64,000 nt of DNA from Deltaproteobacteria bacterium (GCA_016713425.1 JADJPE010000005.1:512294-576293), one strand, 5' to 3'; counted from the stretch's first letter, positions 27,598 through 37,090 are shown. Made by a program: numbers and translations. The notes: generated by a model not told the origin, from the letters alone.

Positions 27598-29387
27598 CGA
27601 AGATCCTTCAATTTCTCGGCGCACGCACGGCGCCGAAGCTTCCCACTCGTCGTCCGCGGGATGCTCCCGGCCGCGACGAACAAGATATGCTCCGCACGCA
27701 CCGCGAGGCTCTCGGTGAGCCGACCTCGAGTTCGCTTCTGCAACTCTTCTTGCTCGGCCTGCGACTCGATGCGGCGTTCGATGACGATCGCCAGATCTTC
27801 AGTGCCTCGGTCGGGTTGGATGATGGAGACGGCGGCCACCTGATTGAGCGGCACGCCGATCGCCTCGGCGACCACATTCTCGATCTCGTACGGGTGGAAC
27901 TTCTGTCCGCCCTTGATGATGAGCTCTTTCTCCCGCCCCGTAACGTAGAGCTGGTCGTTTGCGATCACGCCGAGATCGCCGGTCGCGAGCCAGCCGTCGA
28001 CGAGGACGCGCGACGTGGCCAATGGGTCGCGATAGTAGCCGCTCAAGAGCGACGGGCTCCGGACCCAGATTTCGCCCTCTTCGCCCTCGAGACATATTCG
28101 GCCATTCGAAGACCGAACTTCCACGACCGTATCGACCAAAGGTCGCCCGACCGATGGAACGGCGCGGCCGCCCCACACGAGATCTTCCGTCGCCGAATCT
28201 TCCGTCGTCGAATCTTGCGTCGCCGAATGTGCCGTCACCGAATGTACGCTGGCGGCTCGTGGCGTCGGAAACGCAACGCCGAGAGTATTCTCGGCCAAGC
28301 CATAGACGGGCAGCACGGTCCCGCGCCTGAGCTTCGCGTCCGCGAAGCGAGTCTCGAACGCGTCGATCGTAGTGCGATGAACGGGCTCGGAGCCATTGAG
28401 CGCAACGCGGAGAGTGCTGAGGTCGAGGCCATCGAGATTGCGCACGCGCCGGGTGACCGTATCGTATCCGAAGTTGGGTGCCACGGTTATGGTGGCGCCT
28501 ACGTGCGAAATGAGTTCAAGCCATCGCTTCGGGTGGAGCAAGAACTCGGACGGGGTCATGAGGTGAAGCGGAAATCGGTAGGCGAGCGAGGTGAAGAGCG
28601 CACCGACGAGCCCCATGTCGTGGAAGAGCGGCAACCAGGACACGCCGACATCTTCCGATGTGAGGTTGAGGCCACGACCCATGGCAAGCGTCGATGCAAG
28701 CGCAGCTCGGTGGGAGATAACCGCCCCCCGAGGACTTCCGGTCGATCCCGAGGTAAATTGGATGAACGCTGGAGCCTCACCATCGCTCGAGGCGATGGCC
28801 TCGTCGGCGAGGACGTCGGGCCGCGGCATCGTCGCCATGGAGGGCTCGAGAGGCTTCGTCAAGACCGCCGGGAACCACGCGCCCGCAGCCTGCGCGCGAT
28901 CGGTGGTCACGACGGCCGCCGGGGTGGCAACGTCGAGGAGTGGTCGAAGGTCGGCGATCTTCTTCTCTAGGTTATCGAAGAAGAACGGCCAGGCGATCGG
29001 CACCGGTGTGGCCCGCAAGAACTGCGCCCCCAAGAATGCGCCGACGAAATCGCTCCCGTTGGGCAAGAAGATCACCACCCGGTCTTCGGGGCGTACGCCG
29101 CGTTCGTGAAGGGCCATGGCCCAACGAAGCGCCAGGTCGAAGATCTCCTTGGGGCTCCAGGCGATTCCGTTCTTGCCTTCGTAGACCGTCAGCCAGGGGG
29201 CGGAGGCCTCTCGCTCGGCGTCGTCGACATCTACGCTGGCCTCGACGCCGGTATCGACGCGCAGGCGGTGTAGAAGCACACCCGCCAACGTCGGCGAAGC
29301 GCTGGTCACCGACGAGGAGGACGTCGGCCCGCACAGAACACTCGGACGGCGCTGCCGTTCGCTCGAAGCCTCGATGTCGGCGCCCAT
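27594..29387 (-). CDS. Fatty acyl-AMP ligase / AMP-dependent synthetase
   Basis: Adenylation core motifs (FIQFTSGSTGSPRGAVISH, GDLG, IPRTTSGKLRR). It is a stand-alone adenylating enzyme encoded next to an ACP gene. The FAAL-specific insertion was not checked. Confidence 0.75.
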   Translation of the reverse strand: MGADIEASSERQRRPSVLCGPTSSSSVTSASPTLAGVLLHRLRVDTGVEASVDVDDAEREASAPWLTVYEGKNGIAWSPKEIFDLALRWAMALHERGVRPEDRVVIFLPNGSDFVGAFLGAQFLRATPVPIAWPFFFDNLEKKIADLRPLLDVATPAAVVTTDRAQAAGAWFPAVLTKPLEPSMATMPRPDVLADEAIASSDGEAPAFIQFTSGSTGSPRGAVISHRAALASTLAMGRGLNLTSEDVGVSWLPLFHDMGLVGALFTSLAYRFPLHLMTPSEFLLHPKRWLELISHVGATITVAPNFGYDTVTRRVRNLDGLDLSTLRVALNGSEPVHRTTIDAFETRFADAKLRRGTVLPVYGLAENTLGVAFPTPRAASVHSVTAHSATQDSTTEDSATEDLVWGGRAVPSVGRPLVDTVVEVRSSNGRICLEGEEGEIWVRSPSLLSGYYRDPLATSRVLVDGWLATGDLGVIANDQLYVTGREKELIIKGGQKFHPYEIENVVAEAIGVPLNQVAAVSIIQPDRGTEDLAIVIERRIESQAEQEELQKRTRGRLTESLAVRAEHILFVAAGSIPRTTSGKLRRRACAEKLKDLR

Positions 29388-29458
29388 GGCAGGGGTGGGA
29401 TATCAGATACTTTCGACCGAAGATTTGTCGAAAGGCAAAGTTGGGCGGGTTCGGTCAA

Positions 29459-31585
29459 ATGAAACCCCAAAGCATCCTACCAGTCAGTCCAAAGCGATGT
29501 GCGGCTCCGCACTGGGGGCCGGAGGACGGGGCTGGGCGCGAATATCCTGGCTTTCACTTTATCCGAGCGAACGCTTATGAGATTCAAGCGGACGTGAAGG
29601 CCTGGACGAGCCGTGACTCGGCTGAACTCTACAACACCGTCGCTTGGAGCAAGGGCTACTTCGACGTCAACGCGCAAGGCAACGTCATGCTCACCTCGAA
29701 CGCGACGGGGGGCGGCGAAATCGACATCAAGCGGGTTGTGGACGACCTGGTTCGACGCGGCCTTTCGATGCCGCTGCTGCTTCGCTTCTCGGACATTTTG
29801 GAGCGGCAGGTTGAACTCATCAACCACACGTTCCAGGAGAAGATCGAGGAGTATGGCTACAAGGGACGCTATCACCTGGTCATGCCGATCAAGGTGAATC
29901 AGCAACGTCATGTCGTCGAAGAGCTCACCGAGTTTGGGCGACCGCACGGCCTTGGGCTGGAGGCCGGGAGCAAGCCGGAGCTCTTGATCGCGCTCGCGCT
30001 TCTCGATCAGCCTGACGGTCTCATCGTCTGCAATGGGTACAAGGACGAGGCCTACATCGAGACGGCGCTCCTGGCACAGCGACTCGGTCGAAAGCCGCTG
30101 ATCATCATGGACCGTCTGGATGAACTCGACCTCATCATCAAGACCTCTCAGCGTCTCGGGCTGCCCCCGAACATCGGCGTGCGAAGCAAGCTCTCCACGA
30201 AGGGGAGCGGCCGATGGGCCGAATCGGGTGGTGACCGCTCCAAGTTCGGTCTTACGGCGGGCGAGCTCGTCCACGTGGTCGAGACCCTCGAACGGGAATC
30301 GATGCTGGATCGTCTCATGTGTCTGCATTTTCACATCGGGTCGCAAGTCACGGCCATTCGCGCGATCAAAGAGGCGCTCGGCGAGGCGGTCCGGATCTTC
30401 GCCGACCTCTACAAGATGGGCGCCCCGCTTCAGTACCTCGACGTGGGCGGAGGCCTGGCCGTCGACTACGATGGCTCGCGAACGAACTTCCACGCCTCGA
30501 AGAATTACAGCCTCGAAGAGTACGCGGCCGACATCGTCTACCATGTGGGCAGCGCACTCGATGAACAGGGGGTTCCTCACCCCACGATCATCTCGGAGTC
30601 AGGCCGGGCGTTGGTGGCGCACCAAGCCGTCTTGGTGTTCAACGTCCTCGGGCAGACGACTCAGCGAGTCGACCCTTCGGGCCCGAAGGCCTCGACGAGC
30701 GACGATCATCAGATCATCGAAGACATGCGCGAGATCCTCGCGACGGTGAACCGCAAGAACTATCAGGAAGCGTATCACGACGCACTTCAGCTCAAGGAAG
30801 ACGCGCTGTCGCTCTATCGGCACGGAATCCTCGATCTTCGGGGTCGCGCCCTTGTCGAGGAGCTGTTCTGGTCCACGGCGAACAAGATCTGGCGAATCGC
30901 GAAGGAGCTCGACTACGTCCCGGAGGACCTCGACGGCCTCGAGAAGCAGCTCTGCGATACCTACTACTGCAACTTCTCGGTCTTTCAGAGCGTTCCCGAT
31001 TCGTGGGCCGTGAAGCACTTGTTCCCAGTGATGCCGATCCACCGCCTCAACGAGCAGCCGACGCGACGCGGGATCATCGCCGACCTAACGTGCGACAGCG
31101 ACGGCAAGATGGATCAGTTCATCGACCTGCACGACGTGAAGCCGACCTTGGAGCTCCATCCCCTGAAGGAAGGCGAACCGTACTTCCTTGGCGTCTTTTT
31201 GGTGGGCGCCTACCAAGAGATCTTGGGCGATCTTCACAACCTCTTCGGTGACGTGAACGCCGTGCATATCCGCCTCGACAAGAAATCCGGCGGCTACTCG
31301 GTCAAGAACGTCGTCGAGGGCGACCGCGTCAAGGACGTCCTATCTTACGTGAGTTACGATCAACGCTCGCTGATGGAGCAGCTGCGAGCGTCGATCGAAC
31401 GCGCGCTCACGCGTGGCACGATGACCTTCGAAGAGAGCGCGGCGTTGGTGCGAAACTTCGAGGCCGGGATGTCCGGCTACACCTATCTCGAGGTCCCCGG
31501 GCTCGCAGAGACCCTTCTCAGCTCCGTCCTGCCTTCGCCGGCCCTCAAGTTGCTGCAGCGCAGCGACCAAGCCTCCGAAGGTTGA
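29459..31585 (+). CDS. speA: Biosynthetic arginine decarboxylase
   Basis: LLRFSDILERQV, PIKVNQQRHVVEEL (PLP-Lys region), GLEAGSKPEL, HFHIGSQ, YLDVGGGLAVDYDG and CDSDG. The start is either ATG 29459 or GTG 29594. The ORF-track extension back to 28940 is antisense to the FAAL gene. Confidence 0.9.
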   Translation: MKPQSILPVSPKRCAAPHWGPEDGAGREYPGFHFIRANAYEIQADVKAWTSRDSAELYNTVAWSKGYFDVNAQGNVMLTSNATGGGEIDIKRVVDDLVRRGLSMPLLLRFSDILERQVELINHTFQEKIEEYGYKGRYHLVMPIKVNQQRHVVEELTEFGRPHGLGLEAGSKPELLIALALLDQPDGLIVCNGYKDEAYIETALLAQRLGRKPLIIMDRLDELDLIIKTSQRLGLPPNIGVRSKLSTKGSGRWAESGGDRSKFGLTAGELVHVVETLERESMLDRLMCLHFHIGSQVTAIRAIKEALGEAVRIFADLYKMGAPLQYLDVGGGLAVDYDGSRTNFHASKNYSLEEYAADIVYHVGSALDEQGVPHPTIISESGRALVAHQAVLVFNVLGQTTQRVDPSGPKASTSDDHQIIEDMREILATVNRKNYQEAYHDALQLKEDALSLYRHGILDLRGRALVEELFWSTANKIWRIAKELDYVPEDLDGLEKQLCDTYYCNFSVFQSVPDSWAVKHLFPVMPIHRLNEQPTRRGIIADLTCDSDGKMDQFIDLHDVKPTLELHPLKEGEPYFLGVFLVGAYQEILGDLHNLFGDVNAVHIRLDKKSGGYSVKNVVEGDRVKDVLSYVSYDQRSLMEQLRASIERALTRGTMTFEESAALVRNFEAGMSGYTYLEVPGLAETLLSSVLPSPALKLLQRSDQASEG

Positions 31586-31679
31586 TTCCAGAGTCCGCGA
31601 TCCCTCGTCCGAGATCCTCGTCCGATGTCCGTCATCGCGAGCGCCGCGGGCGCAGTCCCTTCGGCTCGCCGGGCACCTA

Positions 31680-31851
31680 AGGGCCCGATCAGCAATCAGG
31701 TGTGCAATTCTCGCTGAGGAATCGTCGCGTCAGGTGGCGGCACGAGGAGGCGAGCATATCGAGAACATGCGACCGACGAGCGCGAAGCGGTGCTGACATC
31801 TGGCGCGACGAGAACCAGCGAGAATGCGCAACTTGTTGCTGATCGGGCCCT
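31680..31851. repeat. About 170-nt long imperfect inverted repeat (extended hairpin) between the convergent speA and pcnB genes
   Basis: 31680..31695 pairs perfectly with 31836..31851 (16 bp). Pairing continues inward (31698..31716 with 31816..31833; 31723..31736 with 31797..31810), with a few G-U pairs and bulges. The right arm overlaps the pcnB stop codon. Confidence 0.7.
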
Positions 31852-33856
31852 AGCGGCGCCGTCTTGGACGGCGCGGCGCCCGTCGGCGCGCTTCCGGCAC
31901 GCCGACCGTGTCCGCGGGCCCCGGCAAAGAAGTCTGGGCCCTATCAAGTCGGCCCTTCCAAAGCTCCAGGTCGTTCCCCGGCAGACCGAGCGCATGGACG
32001 CGAACCTCGTAGAACTTCAGCGCATCCGGGAAGAATCCGCGCTTCATCAGGGCCGCCGGCGTCGCTCGACTCCTGCGACGCGAGCCGGGACCAGCCTGGG
32101 GCTCACCAAAGAACTTCTGCGCCATGAACACCTGTCGAAGCTGCTCGGTGAGCTTGCGGGTGAGCGAGATCCGCTGACCAATCGCAATGATGAAGTCGGT
32201 CACCAGCCGATGTCTGCTTCCCTTCGCCCCACCCCCCGGCGCCAGCGCGCCTGAAGCTCCGGGCGTGCCGGCATCGGCAGCATCGGCTTCGAGGTCCTCG
32301 ATCGGTGCGGCCATCAGGGCGGCCAGAGCCACCGTGTCCGAGACGGAATCCCGCCGCACCATTTCGTCGAGCGCGCGCAGGTAGCCGTAAAGCCTCACGT
32401 GGCGCGCCTCGGCGGGCGCTTCGGTAGGGCCGAGGTAGGCCTGGAGTTCGGGAAGCAAGACATTCAGAAGACCTGTCTCTTCCAAGAGAGCAACCGTCTT
32501 CTCAGAATGACCAATGCGAAGAAGGCGGAGCGTCTCCTCAAGAATGCGCGGAGCCGAGCAGCGCGAAATCTCATCTCGGTGGCGAACCATCGCCGCGGCG
32601 AGGCTCGGGTCGAGATGCAAAGACGTCTTGGCGACAAAACGGATCGCACGAAGAATTCGAACCGGATCTTCTCGGAGGCGAATCTCGGGATCACCGATCA
32701 TCCGAAGACATCTTGTCTTGAGATCGGCCAGCCCACCGACGTGGTCGATGATCTCCCCTGAGACGACATCGAAGAAGAGACCGTTGATGGTGAAGTCGCG
32801 GCGAAGTGCGTCCTCCTCCTCTGTCCCGAAGATATTGTCCCTCCGAATCAATAGGTCGGCGCCTTCTTCGGATGAGCTGTCGTCATGATTCGTCATCGCC
32901 CGGAACGTGCTCACCTCAATGATCTTTCCATCGCGAAAATAGAGATGAACAAGGCGGAAGCGACGACCAATGATACGGCTGTTCCGAAAGATCCGCCGGA
33001 TCTCCTCAGGGTTCGCGTCGGTTGCGATGTCGAAATCCTTCGGTGTGAGCTCAAGCAGCAGGTCGCGAACACAACCACCCACGAGATACGCTTTGAAACC
33101 CGCGCTCCGAAGTCGCCGCACCGCTTGCAGCGCGTGGGGGTCGATCAGATCGAGCGGAATCGCCGGCGATTCGGGCACGGGCAACGAAGCAATGTCTTGA
33201 TTTCTTACTCGCCGCGACCTTGAACCTGAACCTGAACTCGAACCTGAACTCGGTTCCGAGCTCGACCCTCGACGCTTCGAAGTTTGCTTCCGACCACGGG
33301 CCAGCTCTCCATCGTCCGCACTCACGCCCGACCTCCCATTCGAGGCCGAAGCTCGAGTCGAGGCTGCGGCGTCCTGGGAGCCCGAAGCTCGATTCAAGGT
33401 CGAAGTTCCATTCGAGCCCGAGGCTCCATTCGATTCAGTTGGTCGACGCGCACGCACGCTCGCCCCCATGGGCTCCCGATCGCTCGAAGAGGAACGCGAC
33501 CCGGGCGCCATGCCGCGACGCTCGCTTGCACTCGGAGCAAGGCTCGATGTGGGCCTCGATCCCGACGCCTGCTCACGCGCCACACCGTCACCCCTCGAGC
33601 TGGAATGCCCGGCTGCACGGCGCCGAAAGCCGTGGTCCGCGAGGTCGCGGACTTCGCGAATGACCCGCAACGTCTCGATCAACCAAGGCATAGACCGGAA
33701 ACCCGTCGTCACGAAAACCGCCGAAAGACCATCGAGCGCCGCCACCCACGCCCGAGCCCGGCCCCAGAGGTCGTCAAACACAACGATCAGCTTCGGGGGC
33801 CACCTTTTTGGGGGCGCCTGCGGTATAGCAGGATGCGGCCAAGCCGCCCACCCCAA
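31850..33856 (-). CDS. pcnB: Poly(A) polymerase I-type nucleotidyltransferase with a Ser/Gly/Arg-rich N-terminal extension
   Basis: YLVGGCVRDLLL..PKDFDIAT, RIIGRRFRLVHLYF, and the downstream RNA-binding helical region. The first ~250 aa are low complexity, so the start is uncertain. Confidence 0.8.
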   Translation of the reverse strand: MGWAAWPHPAIPQAPPKRWPPKLIVVFDDLWGRARAWVAALDGLSAVFVTTGFRSMPWLIETLRVIREVRDLADHGFRRRAAGHSSSRGDGVAREQASGSRPTSSLAPSASERRGMAPGSRSSSSDREPMGASVRARRPTESNGASGSNGTSTLNRASGSQDAAASTRASASNGRSGVSADDGELARGRKQTSKRRGSSSEPSSGSSSGSGSRSRRVRNQDIASLPVPESPAIPLDLIDPHALQAVRRLRSAGFKAYLVGGCVRDLLLELTPKDFDIATDANPEEIRRIFRNSRIIGRRFRLVHLYFRDGKIIEVSTFRAMTNHDDSSSEEGADLLIRRDNIFGTEEEDALRRDFTINGLFFDVVSGEIIDHVGGLADLKTRCLRMIGDPEIRLREDPVRILRAIRFVAKTSLHLDPSLAAAMVRHRDEISRCSAPRILEETLRLLRIGHSEKTVALLEETGLLNVLLPELQAYLGPTEAPAEARHVRLYGYLRALDEMVRRDSVSDTVALAALMAAPIEDLEADAADAGTPGASGALAPGGGAKGSRHRLVTDFIIAIGQRISLTRKLTEQLRQVFMAQKFFGEPQAGPGSRRRSRATPAALMKRGFFPDALKFYEVRVHALGLPGNDLELWKGRLDRAQTSLPGPADTVGVPEARRRAPRRPRRRR

Positions 33857-33961
33857 AAAGCACTTGCGAGACTTCCTGCTCTCCCGCCGCCTCGGCCGAG
33901 CGGGCCGTCACGTGCTTGGCAACTGAACGCGAGAAATCGGCACGGCCGATAAACGGCAGCT

Positions 33962-34084
33962 TTAGCGCTTCGCGGCTTTCTGCTTCTTCAGCTCGGCGAT
34001 CCGCGCATTGCGACGGTCCATCCGATGCTTGAACTGGACCCGACGCTTGTTCCTCACCCGGATTTGCTTGCTCTTTGATCTCAC
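33962..34084 (-). CDS. Candidate 40-aa highly basic small protein (not in the ORF track)
   Basis: GTG start preceded by GAGGA with 7-nt spacing. It translates to (M)RSKSKQIRVRNKRRVQFKHRMDRRNARIAELKKQKAAKR. 32 of 40 codons end in G/C, as in real genes of this window. It lies just upstream of pcnB on the same strand. Confidence 0.4.
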   Translation of the reverse strand: MRSKSKQIRVRNKRRVQFKHRMDRRNARIAELKKQKAAKR

Positions 34085-34245
34085 GCTCTCGTCCTCAATC
34101 TCTCCGCGGGTCCGGATCAGGTCAGGACCAGCACCCGGTACGCTTGCCTCGAATGTGGCCAGCGCGCCAAGGGAATTCTTAAGGGGCGGACGGTCGCAAA
34201 CGCAGTCGCACAGCGCAGGGTGCCCAAAGAAAAGAGCCCGTGGCG

Positions 34246-35352
34246 CTAGGCTTCGGCTCGCGGCCGGCGACGCTCGGCGATGCGGTCCAGCATCGCTTCC
34301 AATTGGTCGATGCGGGCCCTTCGAAGCGCTGCCCCTTCGCCCGAACTGGTCGAGGGTTGGGGATCGACCCCACGCGCCAAAGCGGGCGCCGGCTGGGACA
34401 GCGCCGGGGCCGCAGCCGGAGTCAGGGTCGCGGGCTCCAAGGGCGCCCGCCGCGAAGGCGGCACGGACGTGGCGGTGGATGCTGGAGCCGGGACCGGGAC
34501 CCGCGCCACGGGCGGCGGGGCCGAGGCCTGCGCCGCGGGGGACGCAGCCCGCGCGGGAGAAGGCGTCGGTGCGGGCACCGGCGCCGGCGCGGCCGGGGCC
34601 TGTGCCGCGGGGGACGCAGCCCGCGCGGGAGACGGAGTCGATGCGGGCACCGGCGCCGGCGCGGCGGGTCGAGGTGGCGGGGCGGCGGGCCGCGCCGCAT
34701 GCGTCGACGGTTTCTCGGCGGGCGGCGAATGCGGTGGAGCAGGTCGCGGCGCGGGTCGTGCCGTCGGCGACGAAGTTGGTGAGGCGCTCACATGTGCCGG
34801 CGCGGCCTTCGCAGGCGCCGCCGCGGCTGGGGCAGCGCGAGGCGGTGGTGCCGCGGCAACAGACGTCACGGCCGCGGGCGGCGCAGAAGCCGCCGCCGTC
34901 CGCGGTGGCCGCAAGGCGGGCGCCGCTGCCGGTGGCACGGCCGGTGCCGGTGCTGGTGCCGGTGCCGGTGATGGTGATGGTGGTGCAATTCGGGTCTGGA
35001 CCGAAGGTGCAGGTTTGGCCTGGACGCGGCGCGCAACCTCGAGCGCAATATCCCTGAGCCTTCGATTGTCGGGATCTCGCGCCAGCGCAACCCTGAGGAG
35101 CTGGAGGCCGTCTCCGAGGTTTCCGCGCTGAATCTGGGCATGGGCGTACCGAAGGGGATCGACCCGAATCGCGGCCTGCGCCACCTCACGCTGTCGAATG
35201 AGGATGTCGAGCCAGCCAATTCTCTGGGCGAGGCCTGGATCAGCAGGCGAAAGCTCGGCCATGTGGCGAAGCGAGGCCAAGGCGGCCCGGAGGTCGCCCG
35301 ACTTCAGTTGCTGGAGCGCTTGCTGTTCGAGGCGCGACGACTCAGCATTCAC
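34246..35352 (-). CDS. TPR-like N-terminal domain protein with a Pro/Ala-rich repetitive region
   Basis: A sensible helical N-terminus (LQQLKSGDLRAALASLRHMAELSPADPGLAQRIGW...) and C-terminus (RIDQLEAMLDRIAERR), with PA-rich repeats in the middle that include a 72-nt tandem duplication (34525..34668). Confidence 0.6.
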   Translation of the reverse strand: MNAESSRLEQQALQQLKSGDLRAALASLRHMAELSPADPGLAQRIGWLDILIRQREVAQAAIRVDPLRYAHAQIQRGNLGDGLQLLRVALARDPDNRRLRDIALEVARRVQAKPAPSVQTRIAPPSPSPAPAPAPAPAVPPAAAPALRPPRTAAASAPPAAVTSVAAAPPPRAAPAAAAPAKAAPAHVSASPTSSPTARPAPRPAPPHSPPAEKPSTHAARPAAPPPRPAAPAPVPASTPSPARAASPAAQAPAAPAPVPAPTPSPARAASPAAQASAPPPVARVPVPAPASTATSVPPSRRAPLEPATLTPAAAPALSQPAPALARGVDPQPSTSSGEGAALRRARIDQLEAMLDRIAERRRPRAEA

Positions 35353-35371
35353 GGTTCCCTAGCAGATACGT

Positions 35372-36568
35372 TCAACCGGCCTTCAACACAAGGGTCGTCA
35401 GGTAGTTCCCGCGCTCGTCGGGATGGGGACGGACGAAAGATCGCGGCTCTGGATGATCCCACGGTGGCAAGCCCATTTGCGTCACGAGCTCGACGCCCCG
35501 TCCAACACGCGTGGCGGCCGCCTGTATCGCACCTAGGAGGCGGACCTGCGACCAGGCACGCGCATGGATCGAGACCACCAGCAGTCCATCCAGAACCAGG
35601 GCCGCCAGTGCGTTCTCGAGCATTCCGTCGAGATCGCGATCGAGCGCAAAAGTCGAGGCGGCGGCGGAATGACCAAGAACCGGCGGGTCGAGGACGATCA
35701 ATCCATATCTTTGCGTCGACCGTGCGAGCCGGGCCAGGTGCCTTGGCACATCGTCGTCGAACCATCGATGCGCATCCGCGCAAACACCGCTCGCCTCCAT
35801 GTTGGCGCGACCGCGTCGCAAAGCCTTTCTCGAAACGTCCACGCTTGTGACCCGGCGCGCGCCGCCAAGCGCTGCTTGCACCGAAAACGCACAGGTGTAG
35901 GCGAACAAATTCAGGACATCACGACCATCGGCGTGATCACGGACAAAGCGCCGCGCGTCGCGTTGGTCCAGGAACAATCCTGTTTGAAGCCCCTCGTTGA
36001 GCGTGCAGTGAAACGTCGCGCCATCCTCTCGCACCTCGACCGGCAGCTCGAGTGCCCCGGCGACCTCTGGTCGGTCCGGCTGGTCCGGTCGGTCTGGTCG
36101 GTCTGGTCCGCCTCTTCGCGTGGGCCGTGCCGAGCGCTCGGCATCGCCGCGGTCCGTCCCTGCCCACGCGATGACACTCGAGTCGCTCCGGGTGACGGGC
36201 TTCCGAAGGATCTTTCGGATCATGGCCCGCGGACGAACCCGGCGATGAAGCGCTTCGATCCACGGCCCGACGCTGTCCTCCATCGCCGGCCGAATCCACA
36301 GCACGAGGTCGTTTCCGTATTGGTCGACCGCCAATCCAGGCGGGGCGTCATCGCCAGATCCGTTGAGGAGCCGAAACGCCTCAACCCTCGACGGGTGGGG
36401 ACGCCGGCGCTCGATCGCGCGCTCCAAGATCTCCATCGCATCGGCCCGATGCTCGTTTCCAATACCCTTCTTCACCTTGAGCCACCGATCAACGAACCGA
36501 AGGCGGGCTATTATCGCACCGAACACCTGAGGCCAAGACCGCAGCGTCCCGCTTCGCCACCTCGCCAA
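35372..36568 (-). CDS. RlmI/RlmK-like class I SAM-dependent RNA methyltransferase
   Basis: VLNLFAYTCAFSVQAALGGARRVTSVDVS and LIVLDPP motifs, with a PUA-like N-terminal half. It carries an RPDRPDQPDRPE insert. Confidence 0.7.
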   Translation of the reverse strand: MARWRSGTLRSWPQVFGAIIARLRFVDRWLKVKKGIGNEHRADAMEILERAIERRRPHPSRVEAFRLLNGSGDDAPPGLAVDQYGNDLVLWIRPAMEDSVGPWIEALHRRVRPRAMIRKILRKPVTRSDSSVIAWAGTDRGDAERSARPTRRGGPDRPDRPDQPDRPEVAGALELPVEVREDGATFHCTLNEGLQTGLFLDQRDARRFVRDHADGRDVLNLFAYTCAFSVQAALGGARRVTSVDVSRKALRRGRANMEASGVCADAHRWFDDDVPRHLARLARSTQRYGLIVLDPPVLGHSAAASTFALDRDLDGMLENALAALVLDGLLVVSIHARAWSQVRLLGAIQAAATRVGRGVELVTQMGLPPWDHPEPRSFVRPHPDERGNYLTTLVLKAG

Positions 36569-36633
36569 CGCGCCGCAGCAGCCGCAGCAGCCGCGACGAG
36601 AAGGCGCAACCTTCGGCGCGGCGATCCGACAAT

Positions 36634-37029
36634 CTAAGTATCATGGCGAACGGTGGGGGCCCATGGAACGCGGCGGCACCTGCACAGCGGCCCGTAGCCC
36701 TCCTGCCGACCGGCAAGGAAGATGCGCGCGCCGCTGCGCTTCGGAGTAGGGAGCTCGCCGTCGATGAGCGCCATCGAGAGCGTCTGCTCGAGCGGCGCGC
36801 GCTCCATCAAGCAGCGCAGGCGTCGGATCACGAGCAGTCTCTCTTCGAGCACGAGGCGCGGCATGCCAACCACCTTCGTCGAGACGATGAGCGCGCACGA
36901 CAGCTCAACGCGCGCAACCAGCCGCCTCCGAGCTTCGGCGACCAACGGTTGCGCGGCGAGGCGCAGTCCGACCGCACAAGATCGTCGGCAGGCCCTAGGA
37001 CGGCCGAGATCCTGGGAACCGGAGGCCAC
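36634..37029 (-). CDS. Hypothetical protein
   Basis: Third-position G/C is clearly higher in this minus frame (about 18 of 20 codons in two sampled stretches) than in the overlapping plus-strand ORFs. No motif recognised and the start is uncertain. Confidence 0.4.
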   Translation of the reverse strand: MASGSQDLGRPRACRRSCAVGLRLAAQPLVAEARRRLVARVELSCALIVSTKVVGMPRLVLEERLLVIRRLRCLMERAPLEQTLSMALIDGELPTPKRSGARIFLAGRQEGYGPLCRCRRVPWAPTVRHDT

Positions 37030-37090
37030 CGAGGCCCGCTCGCTCGTCTCGTTGCCCCCAAGACGGCGTCAGCGAAGGCGGACGCACACC

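Noticed and set aside
28940-29458. 5' extension of the speA ORF (the track gives 28940..31585, 881 aa)
   Set aside because: The extension is Arg/Pro-rich nonsense lying antisense to the FAAL gene. SpeA homology begins only around 29594, so the start was moved to ATG 29459 or GTG 29594.
31677-31853. TA target-site duplication flanking the long inverted repeat, which would mark it as a mariner-type MITE
   Set aside because: The bases flanking the terminal repeats (..cta / ag..) do not form a clean direct duplication, so the MITE interpretation stays open but unsupported.
34008-35131. Plus-strand ORFs 34008..35057 and 34280..35131 (349 and 283 aa)
   Set aside because: They are mirror-image shadow ORFs of the Pro/Ala-rich minus-strand gene. 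Their translations are Arg/Gly/Ala low complexity throughout, whereas the minus frame has sensible TPR-like termini.
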